13,067 nt of DNA from Gemmatimonadales bacterium (GCA_041577295.1 JBFGJG010000077.1:1-13067), one strand, 5' to 3'. Counted from the stretch's first letter, positions 1-7,972 are shown. Notes: a model not told the origin generated them from the letters alone. A program made the numbers and translations.

Positions 1-1191
1 GATTCGCTGCGGGACCGTCTGGAGCGTGCCGAGCGACTCATCGACGTGCTCCAAACGCAGGTTGCGGAGCAGACCGAATCGCAGGTGGAGCCGGGAGCTG
101 GGGGCCGGTTAGAGCTGTTCGGCCTCGTCCTGTTGAATGGTTTCCACACGACGGAAAACGTGAACAATAGCGATGTGCCGCTCTTCGTTCTGCCACCTGC
201 TCCACCAGGTGGCCTTCCACCGTCCACGACTGCCGCGACGCTCCGGCAGACGCGTATTGGACTGCGGGCCTTTCACCCCGACGTTTTGGGAGGCGACTTT
301 TCCGGTGAGATCGAGTTCAACTTGTTTGGTGGACAATTGGGGAACGGGCGCCTGGCCTCGCTTGTCGCGCTGAGGCGGGTTCGCGCGGAGCTACGTTGGG
401 AGAACGGCTGGCTCCTTTTTGGCCAGGAGCGGTTACCGATCTCGGACGTGAACCCGTCGAGCATTGCGGCGCTCGAGTTTCCGGGATTCACCGCTGCCGG
501 TAACCTGTGGTTTTGGATGCCCCAGGTCCGTGTCGGCGTGGAGGGCGGTGGTATCGTGAAAGGGGGGGTTGAGGTGGCAGTGATCGCGCCCTTTGGGCCG
601 CCTGCCCAGCCGCAGGGCCTCGCGACGCAGCCGAATCGGGCAGAGCGGAGCGGACGGCCCTTCTTCCAAGGCCGCATCCTCGCCCGTTGGGGTGATCCCG
701 AGCTACTGGGCGGCGAGGTCAGCCTCGGTGGCCACATGGGGTGGGTGGTTCCGACGGAGGGCGACTCTTTGCTTGTCAGCAAAGCTGCGGGGTTCACGGC
801 GCGGTTTTTCGCTAGCCAGTACGTGGAGGTCCGCGCCGAGTTATTCACGGGGCAGCTGCTGAATACGCTCGGTGGCGGCGCCGTCGCCCAGAACTTTGGG
901 GTCGGTGGAGTCCCGGTGCGATCGAAGGGAGGATGGTTCCAGGCGAACCTCTTGCCGACTGCCGAGTGGGAAGTCGGAGGAGGTGTGGGAATTGACGATC
1001 CGGATAATGCCGATCTCAACATGACAACGCATCGGCTCAAAAACGTCACCTGGGAAACCCACCTAATTTGGAGACCGCATCCCCTGTTGTTTGGCGCGGA
1101 GCTTAGGCGGTGGACGACGAGCTACGGCGATCCGGCCGTAGGTGACGTCTCTGCAACACAATTCGTGATCGGTACGGGGTTCGTGTTCTGA
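1..1191 (+). CDS. Outer-membrane beta-barrel/porin-like protein (DcaP-like), 5'-truncated by the window edge
   Basis: Frame is open from base 1 (DSLRDRLERAERLIDVLQTQVAEQ, coiled-coil-like) into the 46..1191 ORF. It has amphipathic beta-strand patterns, the motif 'TLRQTRIGL...FSGEIEFNLFGG' reminiscent of DcaP-type porins, and a C-terminal '...IGTGFVF' with terminal Phe (BAM signal). Family assignment is by recognition only. Confidence 0.7.
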   Translation, partial: DSLRDRLERAERLIDVLQTQVAEQTESQVEPGAGGRLELFGLVLLNGFHTTENVNNSDVPLFVLPPAPPGGLPPSTTAATLRQTRIGLRAFHPDVLGGDFSGEIEFNLFGGQLGNGRLASLVALRRVRAELRWENGWLLFGQERLPISDVNPSSIAALEFPGFTAAGNLWFWMPQVRVGVEGGGIVKGGVEVAVIAPFGPPAQPQGLATQPNRAERSGRPFFQGRILARWGDPELLGGEVSLGGHMGWVVPTEGDSLLVSKAAGFTARFFASQYVEVRAELFTGQLLNTLGGGAVAQNFGVGGVPVRSKGGWFQANLLPTAEWEVGGGVGIDDPDNADLNMTTHRLKNVTWETHLIWRPHPLLFGAELRRWTTSYGDPAVGDVSATQFVIGTGFVF

Positions 1192-1211
1192 GCTTTCGGA
1201 TCATCGTGAAC

Positions 1212-1241
1212 CGGGGCCGGCTCCTTTGGATGCCGGCCCCG
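1212..1241 (+). terminator. GC-rich stem-loop after the porin gene (terminator-like or mRNA-stabilising hairpin)
   Basis: Perfect 10-bp inverted repeat CGGGGCCGGC (1212-1221) / GCCGGCCCCG (1232-1241). No U-tract follows. Confidence 0.5.
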
Positions 1242-1267
1242 ATCCACGCCCCTCCCAGGAGCTCTTC

Positions 1268-1744
1268 ATGTCAACGGCAGAACCCGTCCGCCGACACCCG
1301 CAGCTCGACGATTTCCCGGTCATCGTCCGGGTCCCCGTTCACTGGGGTGAGATGGATGCGTACGGACACGTAAACAACGCGGTGTTCTTTCGGTACTTCG
1401 AAACGGCACGGATCGCGTACTTCGAACGCTGTGGGCTCATTGAATCGTGGGACCGCGATAAGGTCGGGGCCATCCTGCACTCGACTAGTTGCCGATTCCG
1501 TCGCCCGCTCTACTACCCCGACACCGTACTCATCGGCGCGCGCGTGACCAGTGTCGAAGACGATCGCTTCGAAATGGCCTACCGGCTCGTGTCACAACAA
1601 CAAGGCGAGGTGGCGGCGGAGGGCACCGGGATCATCGTCTCGTTCGACTACCGCGCAAAGACGAAGGTCAGTCTGCCGCAACACGTGCGCACGCAGATCG
1701 CGGCGCTCGAGCGACGAGCCTCTGAGGCCCCGAGCCGAGACTAG
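1268..1744 (+). CDS. Acyl-CoA thioesterase, YbgC/FadM/4-hydroxybenzoyl-CoA thioesterase (hotdog fold) family
   Basis: Motif 'VHWGEMDAYGHVNNAVFFRYFETAR' and 'CRFRRPLYYPD'. Start moved to ATG 1268, which is preceded by AGGAG. Confidence 0.92.
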   Translation: MSTAEPVRRHPQLDDFPVIVRVPVHWGEMDAYGHVNNAVFFRYFETARIAYFERCGLIESWDRDKVGAILHSTSCRFRRPLYYPDTVLIGARVTSVEDDRFEMAYRLVSQQQGEVAAEGTGIIVSFDYRAKTKVSLPQHVRTQIAALERRASEAPSRD

Positions 1745-1866
1745 GCGCCGTTGGGCACTGCGAGAATCGCGCTTTTTGGGGATCTTCCGAACATGATCCC
1801 CTGAACGCGCTTGGCGATCGAGTCAGATGCGACTAAATGTACTACTTGCATAGTGTTACAGGCATT

Positions 1867-1897
1867 CTCTACTCGCTCCGGTGAAGGGGCGAGAGAG
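1867..1897. terminator. Stem-loop between the convergent thioesterase and tRNA-Ser genes
   Basis: CTCT-A-CTCGCTCC ggtgaa GGGGCGAG-AGAG, an imperfect inverted repeat with one G-U pair on the + strand. Confidence 0.35.
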
Positions 1898-1935
1898 GCC
1901 GCAGTGGCGTGGCGTGGGTGTCGGTGAAGGGGTGA

Positions 1936-2019
1936 CGGAGGGCCGGGGATTCGAACCCCGATGGGCTTGCGCCCGGCGGTTTTCAAGACCGCTGCCTTAC
2001 CAGTTAGGTCTAGCCCTCC
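1936..2019 (-). tRNA. tRNA-Ser, anticodon UGA (reads UCA), long variable arm, CCA not encoded
   Basis: Minus strand reads GGAGGGCTAGACCTAACTGGTAAGGCAGCGGTCTTGAAAACCGCCGGGCGCAAGCCCATCGGGGTTCGAATCCCCGGCCCTCCG. Acceptor stem GGAGGGC/GCCCTCC, anticodon arm GCGGT-CTTGAAA-ACCGC, variable arm GGGC-GCAA-GCCC, T arm CGGGG-TTCGAAT-CCCCG, discriminator G73. Confidence 0.97.
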
Positions 2020-2026
2020 CGGGAAC

Positions 2027-2055
2027 AACTTAACGAGGCCGAGAACGGGGCCCAA
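2027..2055 (-). promoter_or_regulatory. Candidate sigma70-type promoter for tRNA-Ser
   Basis: Minus strand TTGGGC (2055-2050), 17-nt spacer, TAAGTT (2032-2027), ending 7 nt before the tRNA 5' end. Confidence 0.45.
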
Positions 2056-2068
2056 CACGCTGCGGCGG

Positions 2069-2097
2069 TTGAGTGTAGGCCGTTCGTGGCGCATCTT
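2069..2097 (+). promoter_or_regulatory. Candidate sigma70-type promoter for the globin gene, back-to-back with the tRNA promoter
   Basis: TTGAGT (2069-2074), 17-nt spacer, CATCTT (2092-2097). Confidence 0.35.
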
Positions 2098-2155
2098 GGT
2101 GCATGACACGCGCAGTCGCGCGGATACCAACCAACCCCTGAGAGAGGCCGGACGC

Positions 2156-2587
2156 ATGTCCGATGAGACACGCACGACGTCGGTGGATGCCCACTTAATG
2201 GAGAGCGCAAAGCGGAGCTTCGAGCGGTGCTGTGTTGACCCTCAGTTCTTCCCGATGTTCTACCAGGACTTCTTCATTCGGTGCCCGGAAGCCAGGCAGC
2301 GCTTTGCGCAGACCGACTTCGAGCGGCAGCACAAGCTGTTGCGCCACGCCATCAATCTCCTGCTCATCTTCCCAGCGCAGCCAAAGGAGGACAGGACGCT
2401 TCTCGATCGCATCGCCGAGCGCCACAGTCGGAAGGACCTGAACATCAATCCGGTGCTGTACGATCCGTTTGTCGAAAGCCTGATTCAGACCATTGCCCGG
2501 TTCGATCCCGAGTTTACTGAGAGCCTCGAGTTGGCGTGGCGCGCGACCGTGGCGCCGGGGGTCGCGTACATGCAGTCAAAGTATTGA
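2156..2587 (+). CDS. Single-domain globin (3/3 fold, resembles the Pseudomonas PA3967-type stand-alone globins)
   Basis: 'SFERCC..PQFFPMFYQDFF..CPEARQRFAQTDFERQHKLL' (B10 Tyr, CD1 Phe, E7 Gln), proximal His in 'IAERHS', then 'INPVLYDPFVESL' and 'LAWRATV'. Start at ATG 2156 after AGAGAGG. The longer 1961 ORF overlaps the tRNA and is not credible. Confidence 0.88.
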   Translation: MSDETRTTSVDAHLMESAKRSFERCCVDPQFFPMFYQDFFIRCPEARQRFAQTDFERQHKLLRHAINLLLIFPAQPKEDRTLLDRIAERHSRKDLNINPVLYDPFVESLIQTIARFDPEFTESLELAWRATVAPGVAYMQSKY

Positions 2588-2668
2588 GCGGCCTGTGCCC
2601 CTTTCGCGTGTATATTATGGAACTCGTTCTTCGACTCGAGCTGACGGAATCGGCGGGTAATCCTATCT

Positions 2669-5170
2669 ATGCCCACCTGTAGCGGCTGCGGTCACGAGAA
2701 TCCTCGCGACGCGGCGTATTGCGTGCACTGTGGTGCGGAGCTGACCGTACTCATCGCCGCTGCGGAGGCCTCCGAGGGCACGACGGACGCCGACCAGCAG
2801 ACTCGAAGTTCTGCCGCCGTCCTCCTCGATTCCCTTCGCAGTGCTACGCTCGGCGAGTACGAGATCATTGGGGAGTTGGGCCGGGGGGGGATGGCCGTCG
2901 TGTACCTCGCGCACGATCTTGCACTCGATCGCAAGGTCGCCATCAAGGTCATCTCACCCAACGTGCTGTGGATGGGTGAGGGTATCCCCGAGCGTTTCAA
3001 GCGCGAAGCGCGTACCGCTGCCTCGCTGAGTCATCCCAACATCATCCCGATTTACGCGGTCAAGGAGAGCAACGACCTCCTGTTCTTCGTCATGAAGTAC
3101 GTGAAGGGGCGCACGCTCGAATCGGTCATCGGTGAGCTGGGCCCGCTGCCGGTCGCCATGGTCCACACGATTCTGGGACAGGTTGGGAACGCACTCGGAT
3201 ACGCGCACCGGCAGGGAGTCGTTCATCGGGACATCAAACCCGGCAACATCATGCTGGACGAAGAGGGTTGGGCGGTGGTGACGGACTTTGGCATCGCCAA
3301 GGTAGCCGAGGCCCAGGGCCTCACGCAGACCGGCGGAACCGTCGGCACACCATCGTACATGAGTCCGGAACAGTGCACCGGGCTTCCGGTGACCGGGGGG
3401 TCCGATCAGTACTCCCTCGGCGTGGTCGCGTTCGAGATGTTGACCGGAAAAAAGCCGTTCGAAGCCAAATCGGCGATGGCGCTGATGTACAAGCATTGCA
3501 ACTCGCCCCCGCCGTCGCTGCAGACAGCGGTACCGGATTGTCCGCAGATGCTCAGCGATGCCGTCATGCGGATGTTGGCCAAGGAGCCGGAGGAACGGTG
3601 GCCCAAGCTCGAGGACATGGTATATGCGATCGGGGCGGTCCCGCCGGCAGATAGCGATAAGGTGCGAACACAAATCCTCACGCTTGCACGCAGCCGGGAG
3701 GCCCAGGCGCTGGTTGAAAAATTTCAAACGCCGCCGAGCCCCGTGCCCAGGGATCGGCTCTCCGACAGTATCGCGCTAGCCACGCGTGAACGTGGCGCGC
3801 GTGACGCGCACGCCGCGACCCCAACGGATGTCACACCCATTCCGGCACTCCGGCCGTCACGTGCCAGCAAGAAGCTCATCTGGGGTATCCCGCCTGTCGT
3901 CGTTGCCGCCCTCGGGATTGTCTTGTGGGCTCCATGGCGTTCGGTCGACTCGCCACCGGCCGACGAGACGACACCGCCTCCGGTCACGCAACAGCCAGCG
4001 CTCCCTGTCACCGCTCCGCCCGCCGTTGCGTCGGTCGAGCTCTTGCCACCGGTCACGACGCTCATCGTCGGTGACACCGCTCGTCTCGTGGCGAACGTTC
4101 TCAACAACTTGGGGACGTTGGTCGAGGATCAGCCGGTCACATGGGAATCCAGTCATCCGGAGATTGCACGCGTTTCGTCCCGCGGGTTGCTGAGCGCGCT
4201 TTCCCCAGGACGAGCCGAGATCACCGCTAGCAGTGGGGGGCAGAGCGGCGTTGCAGAGGTTGTTGTGGAAGTGCGTGCGCCACCGCCCACGCCGAGACCG
4301 GCGGCGGCGGCTCCACGGCCCCGAGTCGCGAGCGTGGCGATCACCCCGCGGTCGGGCACCATCGCGGTCGGCGAGAGCATCACGCTCAGCGCGACCCCGC
4401 GGACGGGGGACGGTCGGCCCCTCACGGACCGCTCGGTGTCGTGGAGCTCCAGCGACGCTCGTGTTGCGCGCGTCACGACATCTGGCGTCGTGACCGCAGT
4501 GGCAGAGGGTGAGGCGACCATCTCGGCGACGAGCGAAGGACGCTCCGGTAGCGTCGTGATCACCGTGGAACCCGTTCCAGTTGCGGCCGTCGTCGTGGCC
4601 CCGGACCGGGCGACGGTACAGGCGGGCGCGACGGTGCAGCTCGCCGCCACCGCACGGGATGGTCAGGGCAGTGCCCTCGAAGGTCGCTCGGTGGGATGGA
4701 CCTCGAGCGACGAGCGCGTTGCGACCGTGAACACAAGTGGACTCGTGACGGGCGTTGCCGCGGGCTCAGCCACCGTCACCGCGACTGCCGGCGCGGCGCG
4801 GGCTAGCGTCAGCGTCACGGTTACCGCTCCCCCGACGCCGGTGGCGCCGGATCCCCGACCCGAACTCGAGCGCCTCGTGCAAACGTACGCTGCTGCCATT
4901 CAAGCGCGAGATCTCGAGCAGGTGAGGCGGCTCTACCCCAACATTTCCCAAGAGCAGGCAAACAGGTGGTCCACCTTCTTCAACGCGGTGAGCGATCTGC
5001 GGGTCGCCATGGCGTTGACTTCACTCACCATTGACGGCGACGCCGGACAAGGCGAAGCTGACATGACGCTCGACTTCCGCAATGGTGCTGGGCCAAGTCA
5101 TCAGGTCAGCCACGTTCGCATGGTGTTCGAGCGTCGTGGCACCGGGTGGCGTATCACTTCGGTACGATAG
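2669..5170 (+). CDS. Membrane-anchored Hanks-type Ser/Thr protein kinase with N-terminal zinc ribbon, three extracytoplasmic Ig-like (Big_2-type) repeats and a C-terminal NTF2/SnoaL-like domain
   Basis: CSGC...CVHC zinc ribbon. Kinase motifs GRGGMAVVY, VAIK, HRDIKPGN, DFG, GTPSYMSPE. TM segment 'LIWGIPPVVVAALGIVLWAPW'. Three 'V.SV...P...V.W.SS...A.V...G.V' repeats. The C-terminal fold call ('LVQTYAAAIQARDLEQVRRLYP...GWRITSVR') is by pattern. Confidence 0.93.
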   Translation: MPTCSGCGHENPRDAAYCVHCGAELTVLIAAAEASEGTTDADQQTRSSAAVLLDSLRSATLGEYEIIGELGRGGMAVVYLAHDLALDRKVAIKVISPNVLWMGEGIPERFKREARTAASLSHPNIIPIYAVKESNDLLFFVMKYVKGRTLESVIGELGPLPVAMVHTILGQVGNALGYAHRQGVVHRDIKPGNIMLDEEGWAVVTDFGIAKVAEAQGLTQTGGTVGTPSYMSPEQCTGLPVTGGSDQYSLGVVAFEMLTGKKPFEAKSAMALMYKHCNSPPPSLQTAVPDCPQMLSDAVMRMLAKEPEERWPKLEDMVYAIGAVPPADSDKVRTQILTLARSREAQALVEKFQTPPSPVPRDRLSDSIALATRERGARDAHAATPTDVTPIPALRPSRASKKLIWGIPPVVVAALGIVLWAPWRSVDSPPADETTPPPVTQQPALPVTAPPAVASVELLPPVTTLIVGDTARLVANVLNNLGTLVEDQPVTWESSHPEIARVSSRGLLSALSPGRAEITASSGGQSGVAEVVVEVRAPPPTPRPAAAAPRPRVASVAITPRSGTIAVGESITLSATPRTGDGRPLTDRSVSWSSSDARVARVTTSGVVTAVAEGEATISATSEGRSGSVVITVEPVPVAAVVVAPDRATVQAGATVQLAATARDGQGSALEGRSVGWTSSDERVATVNTSGLVTGVAAGSATVTATAGAARASVSVTVTAPPTPVAPDPRPELERLVQTYAAAIQARDLEQVRRLYPNISQEQANRWSTFFNAVSDLRVAMALTSLTIDGDAGQGEADMTLDFRNGAGPSHQVSHVRMVFERRGTGWRITSVR
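4025..4825 (+). repeat. Three tandem Ig-like domain repeats within the kinase (about 4025-4270, 4325-4570, 4580-4825)
   Basis: Repeats start VASVELLP / VASVAITP / VAAVVVAP and share VTWESSHPEIARV / VSWSSSDARVARV / VGWTSSDERVATV. Confidence 0.85.
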
Positions 5171-5222
5171 CATCGCCGTAAGAGGTTCAGTGGTCTACCG
5201 ACAACGCGTACTGGGAGGGTGC

Positions 5223-6557
5223 ATGACTCGCTGGAGTATACTCCTCGTGGCCTTGGCCATCGGGAGCCAGCCAGTAGAAGCACAGGGGCTCCGCGATCAG
5301 ATTGCCGAGTTGTTCATCTTCGGTGACGGGGATGATCCGCTGTTCTTGTCAGGGACCGCCGATCCGAGCAACCCATTCAACATCCAGGTCCACGGCGAGC
5401 ATTTCATACCGGCCGCTTCGGCGAGCAACGCCACGATCATCTCGTTCCTCACGAACGCAATCGCCACGAACATCGCCAACATCCCAATTAGCGCGACCAG
5501 CAGCGGAACGACGTTTCGCTTTGTCGAAGGAGCCCCCGTGGCCACCTCGACCTCGCCGGGGCCGATTTTTGCCGAACGTGGGCAAACCCTGGGACGGGGT
5601 CGCGTGTTGGTGGGTGCCACAGTCAATGTGTTCAACTTCAAGTCGCTGAGAGGGGTCGACCTAGACGACGTGCGCCTCACGTTCACGCACGAGAACACGA
5701 ACTTCCCAGGCTGCGACCAGGTATTCGGCGGTGACTGCACCATTTACGGGGTACCGGACTTCGAGAACGACGTGATCACGCTCGATCTCGATCTCGACCT
5801 GAACGTGGTGACGACCTTGTTCGTGCTGTCGTATGGATTGCACGATCGGATTGACATCGGCGTCGCCATTCCGATCGTGTCGACCTCGCTCCGCGGCCGG
5901 AGTACGGCGGAAGTCATTCCGTTTGGAGGAGCGAGCGTCAATCACTTCTTTGGTGGGACGATCACCGAGCCGGAGTTGATGGCTACGCGAACGGTCGATG
6001 CCTCGGTGAGTGGGCTCGGGGACGTGGCGGCGCGGGTGAAGATCGCGGTAGGGGAATCGGAGACGACGCGATTCAGCATCTTGGGTGATGCGCGGTTTGC
6101 CACCGGTGACGAGGCCGATCTGCTGGGATCGGGGAGCGCGTCGATCCGGGGGTTGGGCATCATCTCGGCGCAGTTCAACAGATTCTCACCGCACGTCAAC
6201 GTTGGCTACGTGTACCGCAGCGCCGAGCTGCAGAATGACGCGGTATTGCTGACGGCGGGTTTCGATCACGTGCTAGCTCCGTGGGCCGCCCTGGCCGTGG
6301 ATTTCGTCTCTGAGTTTCAGGTACGAGCGAACAAGCTGACGGTTCCCGATCCGGTGAGACTCGAAGCACCGTTTCCGCGAACGATTGAGGTCACGACGAT
6401 CCCAGACCGGCGTGACGATCTGCTGGGCGGCTCGATTGGGTTCAAGTTCGTGACGCCGTCCGGATTGACCCTGATTCTCAATTCGATCTGGCCGCTGAAT
6501 CAGGCCGGTCTCCGGACCGACGTCTCCTGGTCAGCGGGCTTGGAATACAATTTCTAA
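5223..6557 (+). CDS. Putative outer-membrane beta-barrel protein (transporter / MetA-pathway-phenol-degradation-like), paralog 1
   Basis: Signal peptide MTRWSILLVALAIGSQPVEA-Q after GGGAGG at ATG 5223. Contains 'SGLGDVAARVK...RFATGDEADLLGSG', typical of this barrel group, and ends 'AGLEYNF'. Confidence 0.75.
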   Translation: MTRWSILLVALAIGSQPVEAQGLRDQIAELFIFGDGDDPLFLSGTADPSNPFNIQVHGEHFIPAASASNATIISFLTNAIATNIANIPISATSSGTTFRFVEGAPVATSTSPGPIFAERGQTLGRGRVLVGATVNVFNFKSLRGVDLDDVRLTFTHENTNFPGCDQVFGGDCTIYGVPDFENDVITLDLDLDLNVVTTLFVLSYGLHDRIDIGVAIPIVSTSLRGRSTAEVIPFGGASVNHFFGGTITEPELMATRTVDASVSGLGDVAARVKIAVGESETTRFSILGDARFATGDEADLLGSGSASIRGLGIISAQFNRFSPHVNVGYVYRSAELQNDAVLLTAGFDHVLAPWAALAVDFVSEFQVRANKLTVPDPVRLEAPFPRTIEVTTIPDRRDDLLGGSIGFKFVTPSGLTLILNSIWPLNQAGLRTDVSWSAGLEYNF

Positions 6558-6585
6558 AAGGGTGCGGACAGAGGAGAGGGTACCG

Positions 6586-7917
6586 ATGAGAGGCCTTTTC
6601 ATCGCACTACTCGTGTTGAGCTCGGCGGCTCAGACGGTCTCGGCGCAAGCGCTGCGCGATCAGATCACGAGGTTGTTCATCTTTGGCGAAGGAGAAGATC
6701 AGCTCTTCCTTGCAGGATCAGCAGCCTCCGGTGTCCCCGCCGTTTCCGTTCATGCGGATCACTTCATTCCTTCGGCGGTCGAAAGCAACGGAACACTGAT
6801 CAACTTCTTGGCCAACGCCATAAGCTCAAACGTGTCGAACATCCCTATCAGCGCTGCGAGCAGCGGCATCACGTTTCGGTTCGAGGCGGGCGTCCCGGTT
6901 CCAACCTCCACCTCACCAGGGCCGATCTTCGCAGAGAGAGGGCAAACGCTTGGCCGTGGACGCGGACTGATCGGTGTGTCCCTGAATGCCTTCAACTTCA
7001 AGTCGATCCGCGGAGTTGACCTGAGCAACCTCCGCCTGAACTTCACGCATGTAAACGTCGATTCGCCCGAATGCGATGATGCCGTGGGAGAGGATTGTGC
7101 TCCTCAGGGCGTTCCCGCACTGGAGAACGAGATCATCGAGGTGGATCTGAATCTCGACATCGACGTACTCGCCACGCTCTTCGTCTTTACGTACGGCTTG
7201 CACGATCGCGTCGATATAGGCCTCGCGGTCCCCGTCATCTCCACCAGCCTGAGCGGCCGTAGCGAAGCCCGTATCCAGCCGTTTGGCGGGCCGGAAGCCG
7301 CGCACTTCTTTGGTGGGACGTCGACCAATCCGGTCCTCTCCACGAGCCAGTCTGTAAAGGGCTCGGCCATTGGCATCGGGGACGTCGCGGCGCGGCTCAA
7401 AATTGCGCTGGGCGAGTCCGGGAATACGCGAGTGAGCCTGTTGGCCGACGCCCGGTTTCCCACAGGTGATGAAGCGGATTTTCACGGTGCTGGTGAGACC
7501 GCCGTTCGCGGGATCGGAGTCGTGTCCGCACAGTTTCGCGATTTTTCCCCCCACGTGAACGTTGGCTACCTCTATCGCAGTGGGGAGTTCCAGAACGACG
7601 CCTTCATTGGTATTGCGGGATTCGATCAGGTCCTGGCACCGTGGGCCACCCTCGCCGTGGAGTTTCTCTCAGAGATTCAGATTGGAAGCAGCAATCTCTC
7701 GCTTCCCGAACCACTCGTGATCGACCAACCGTTCGAGCGCACTGTGCTGCCGTCCAACATTCCTACGGAGCGCGACGACGTTCTGGCGGGCTCGGTGGGT
7801 TTCAAGTTCGTGACGCCGAGCGGGCTCACCTTCATTACCAACGCGCTCTGGCCGCTCAACCGTGGCGGCATGCGCACGAACACCTCGTGGACAGCTGGAC
7901 TGGAATACAACTTCTGA
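6586..7917 (+). CDS. Putative outer-membrane beta-barrel protein, paralog 2 (tandem duplicate of 5223-6557)
   Basis: Signal peptide MRGLFIALLVLSSAAQTVSA-Q after GAGGAG at ATG 6586. Colinear with paralog 1 (LRDQI..LFIFG, TSTSPGPIFAERGQTLGRGR, HFFGGT, GFKFVTPSGLT, AGLEYNF). Confidence 0.78.
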   Translation: MRGLFIALLVLSSAAQTVSAQALRDQITRLFIFGEGEDQLFLAGSAASGVPAVSVHADHFIPSAVESNGTLINFLANAISSNVSNIPISAASSGITFRFEAGVPVPTSTSPGPIFAERGQTLGRGRGLIGVSLNAFNFKSIRGVDLSNLRLNFTHVNVDSPECDDAVGEDCAPQGVPALENEIIEVDLNLDIDVLATLFVFTYGLHDRVDIGLAVPVISTSLSGRSEARIQPFGGPEAAHFFGGTSTNPVLSTSQSVKGSAIGIGDVAARLKIALGESGNTRVSLLADARFPTGDEADFHGAGETAVRGIGVVSAQFRDFSPHVNVGYLYRSGEFQNDAFIGIAGFDQVLAPWATLAVEFLSEIQIGSSNLSLPEPLVIDQPFERTVLPSNIPTERDDVLAGSVGFKFVTPSGLTFITNALWPLNRGGMRTNTSWTAGLEYNF

Positions 7918-7952
7918 CGGAGGTCGCTGAAGGGAATTTCATTGGCCTCTCA

Positions 7953-7972
7953 CGGTCACCTGGGGGTGACCG
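7953..7972 (+). terminator. Stem-loop downstream of the barrel pair
   Basis: CGGTCACC (7953-7960), loop TGGG, GGTGACCG (7965-7972). Perfect 8-bp stem with no U-tract. Confidence 0.4.

Noticed and set aside
1189..1241. UGA followed by a hairpin after the porin gene as another Sec/SECIS pair
   Set aside because: The protein ends in a canonical terminal Phe and has no Cys-type motif. The hairpin fits a terminator or stabiliser.
1936..2019. tRNA-Sec (selC): the + strand shows TCA in a 7-nt loop and a probable selenoprotein is nearby
   Set aside because: The T-loop (GGTTCGAATCC), D-loop GG and discriminator are correct only on the minus strand, where the anticodon is UGA (Ser). The acceptor stem is 7 bp, not the 8 bp of bacterial tRNA-Sec.
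1961..2155. N-terminal extension of the globin ORF, and the minus ORF 1741-2175
   Set aside because: Both overlap the tRNA gene and merely translate its sequence. The globin has its own SD and ATG at 2156.
5082..5222. Longer start for barrel paralog 1
   Set aside because: It overlaps the kinase 3' end. The signal peptide and SD point to ATG 5223, matching the paralog's N-terminus.
273..7554. Long antisense ORFs (for example 273-1049, 2954-3727, 4153-4650, 6913-7554)
   Set aside because: These are shadow frames of well-supported + strand genes in GC-rich DNA, with no recognisable motifs.
7915..7972. UGA plus hairpin after barrel paralog 2 as Sec readthrough
   Set aside because: Paralog 1 ends at the identical AGLEYNF with TAA, so this is a true stop.
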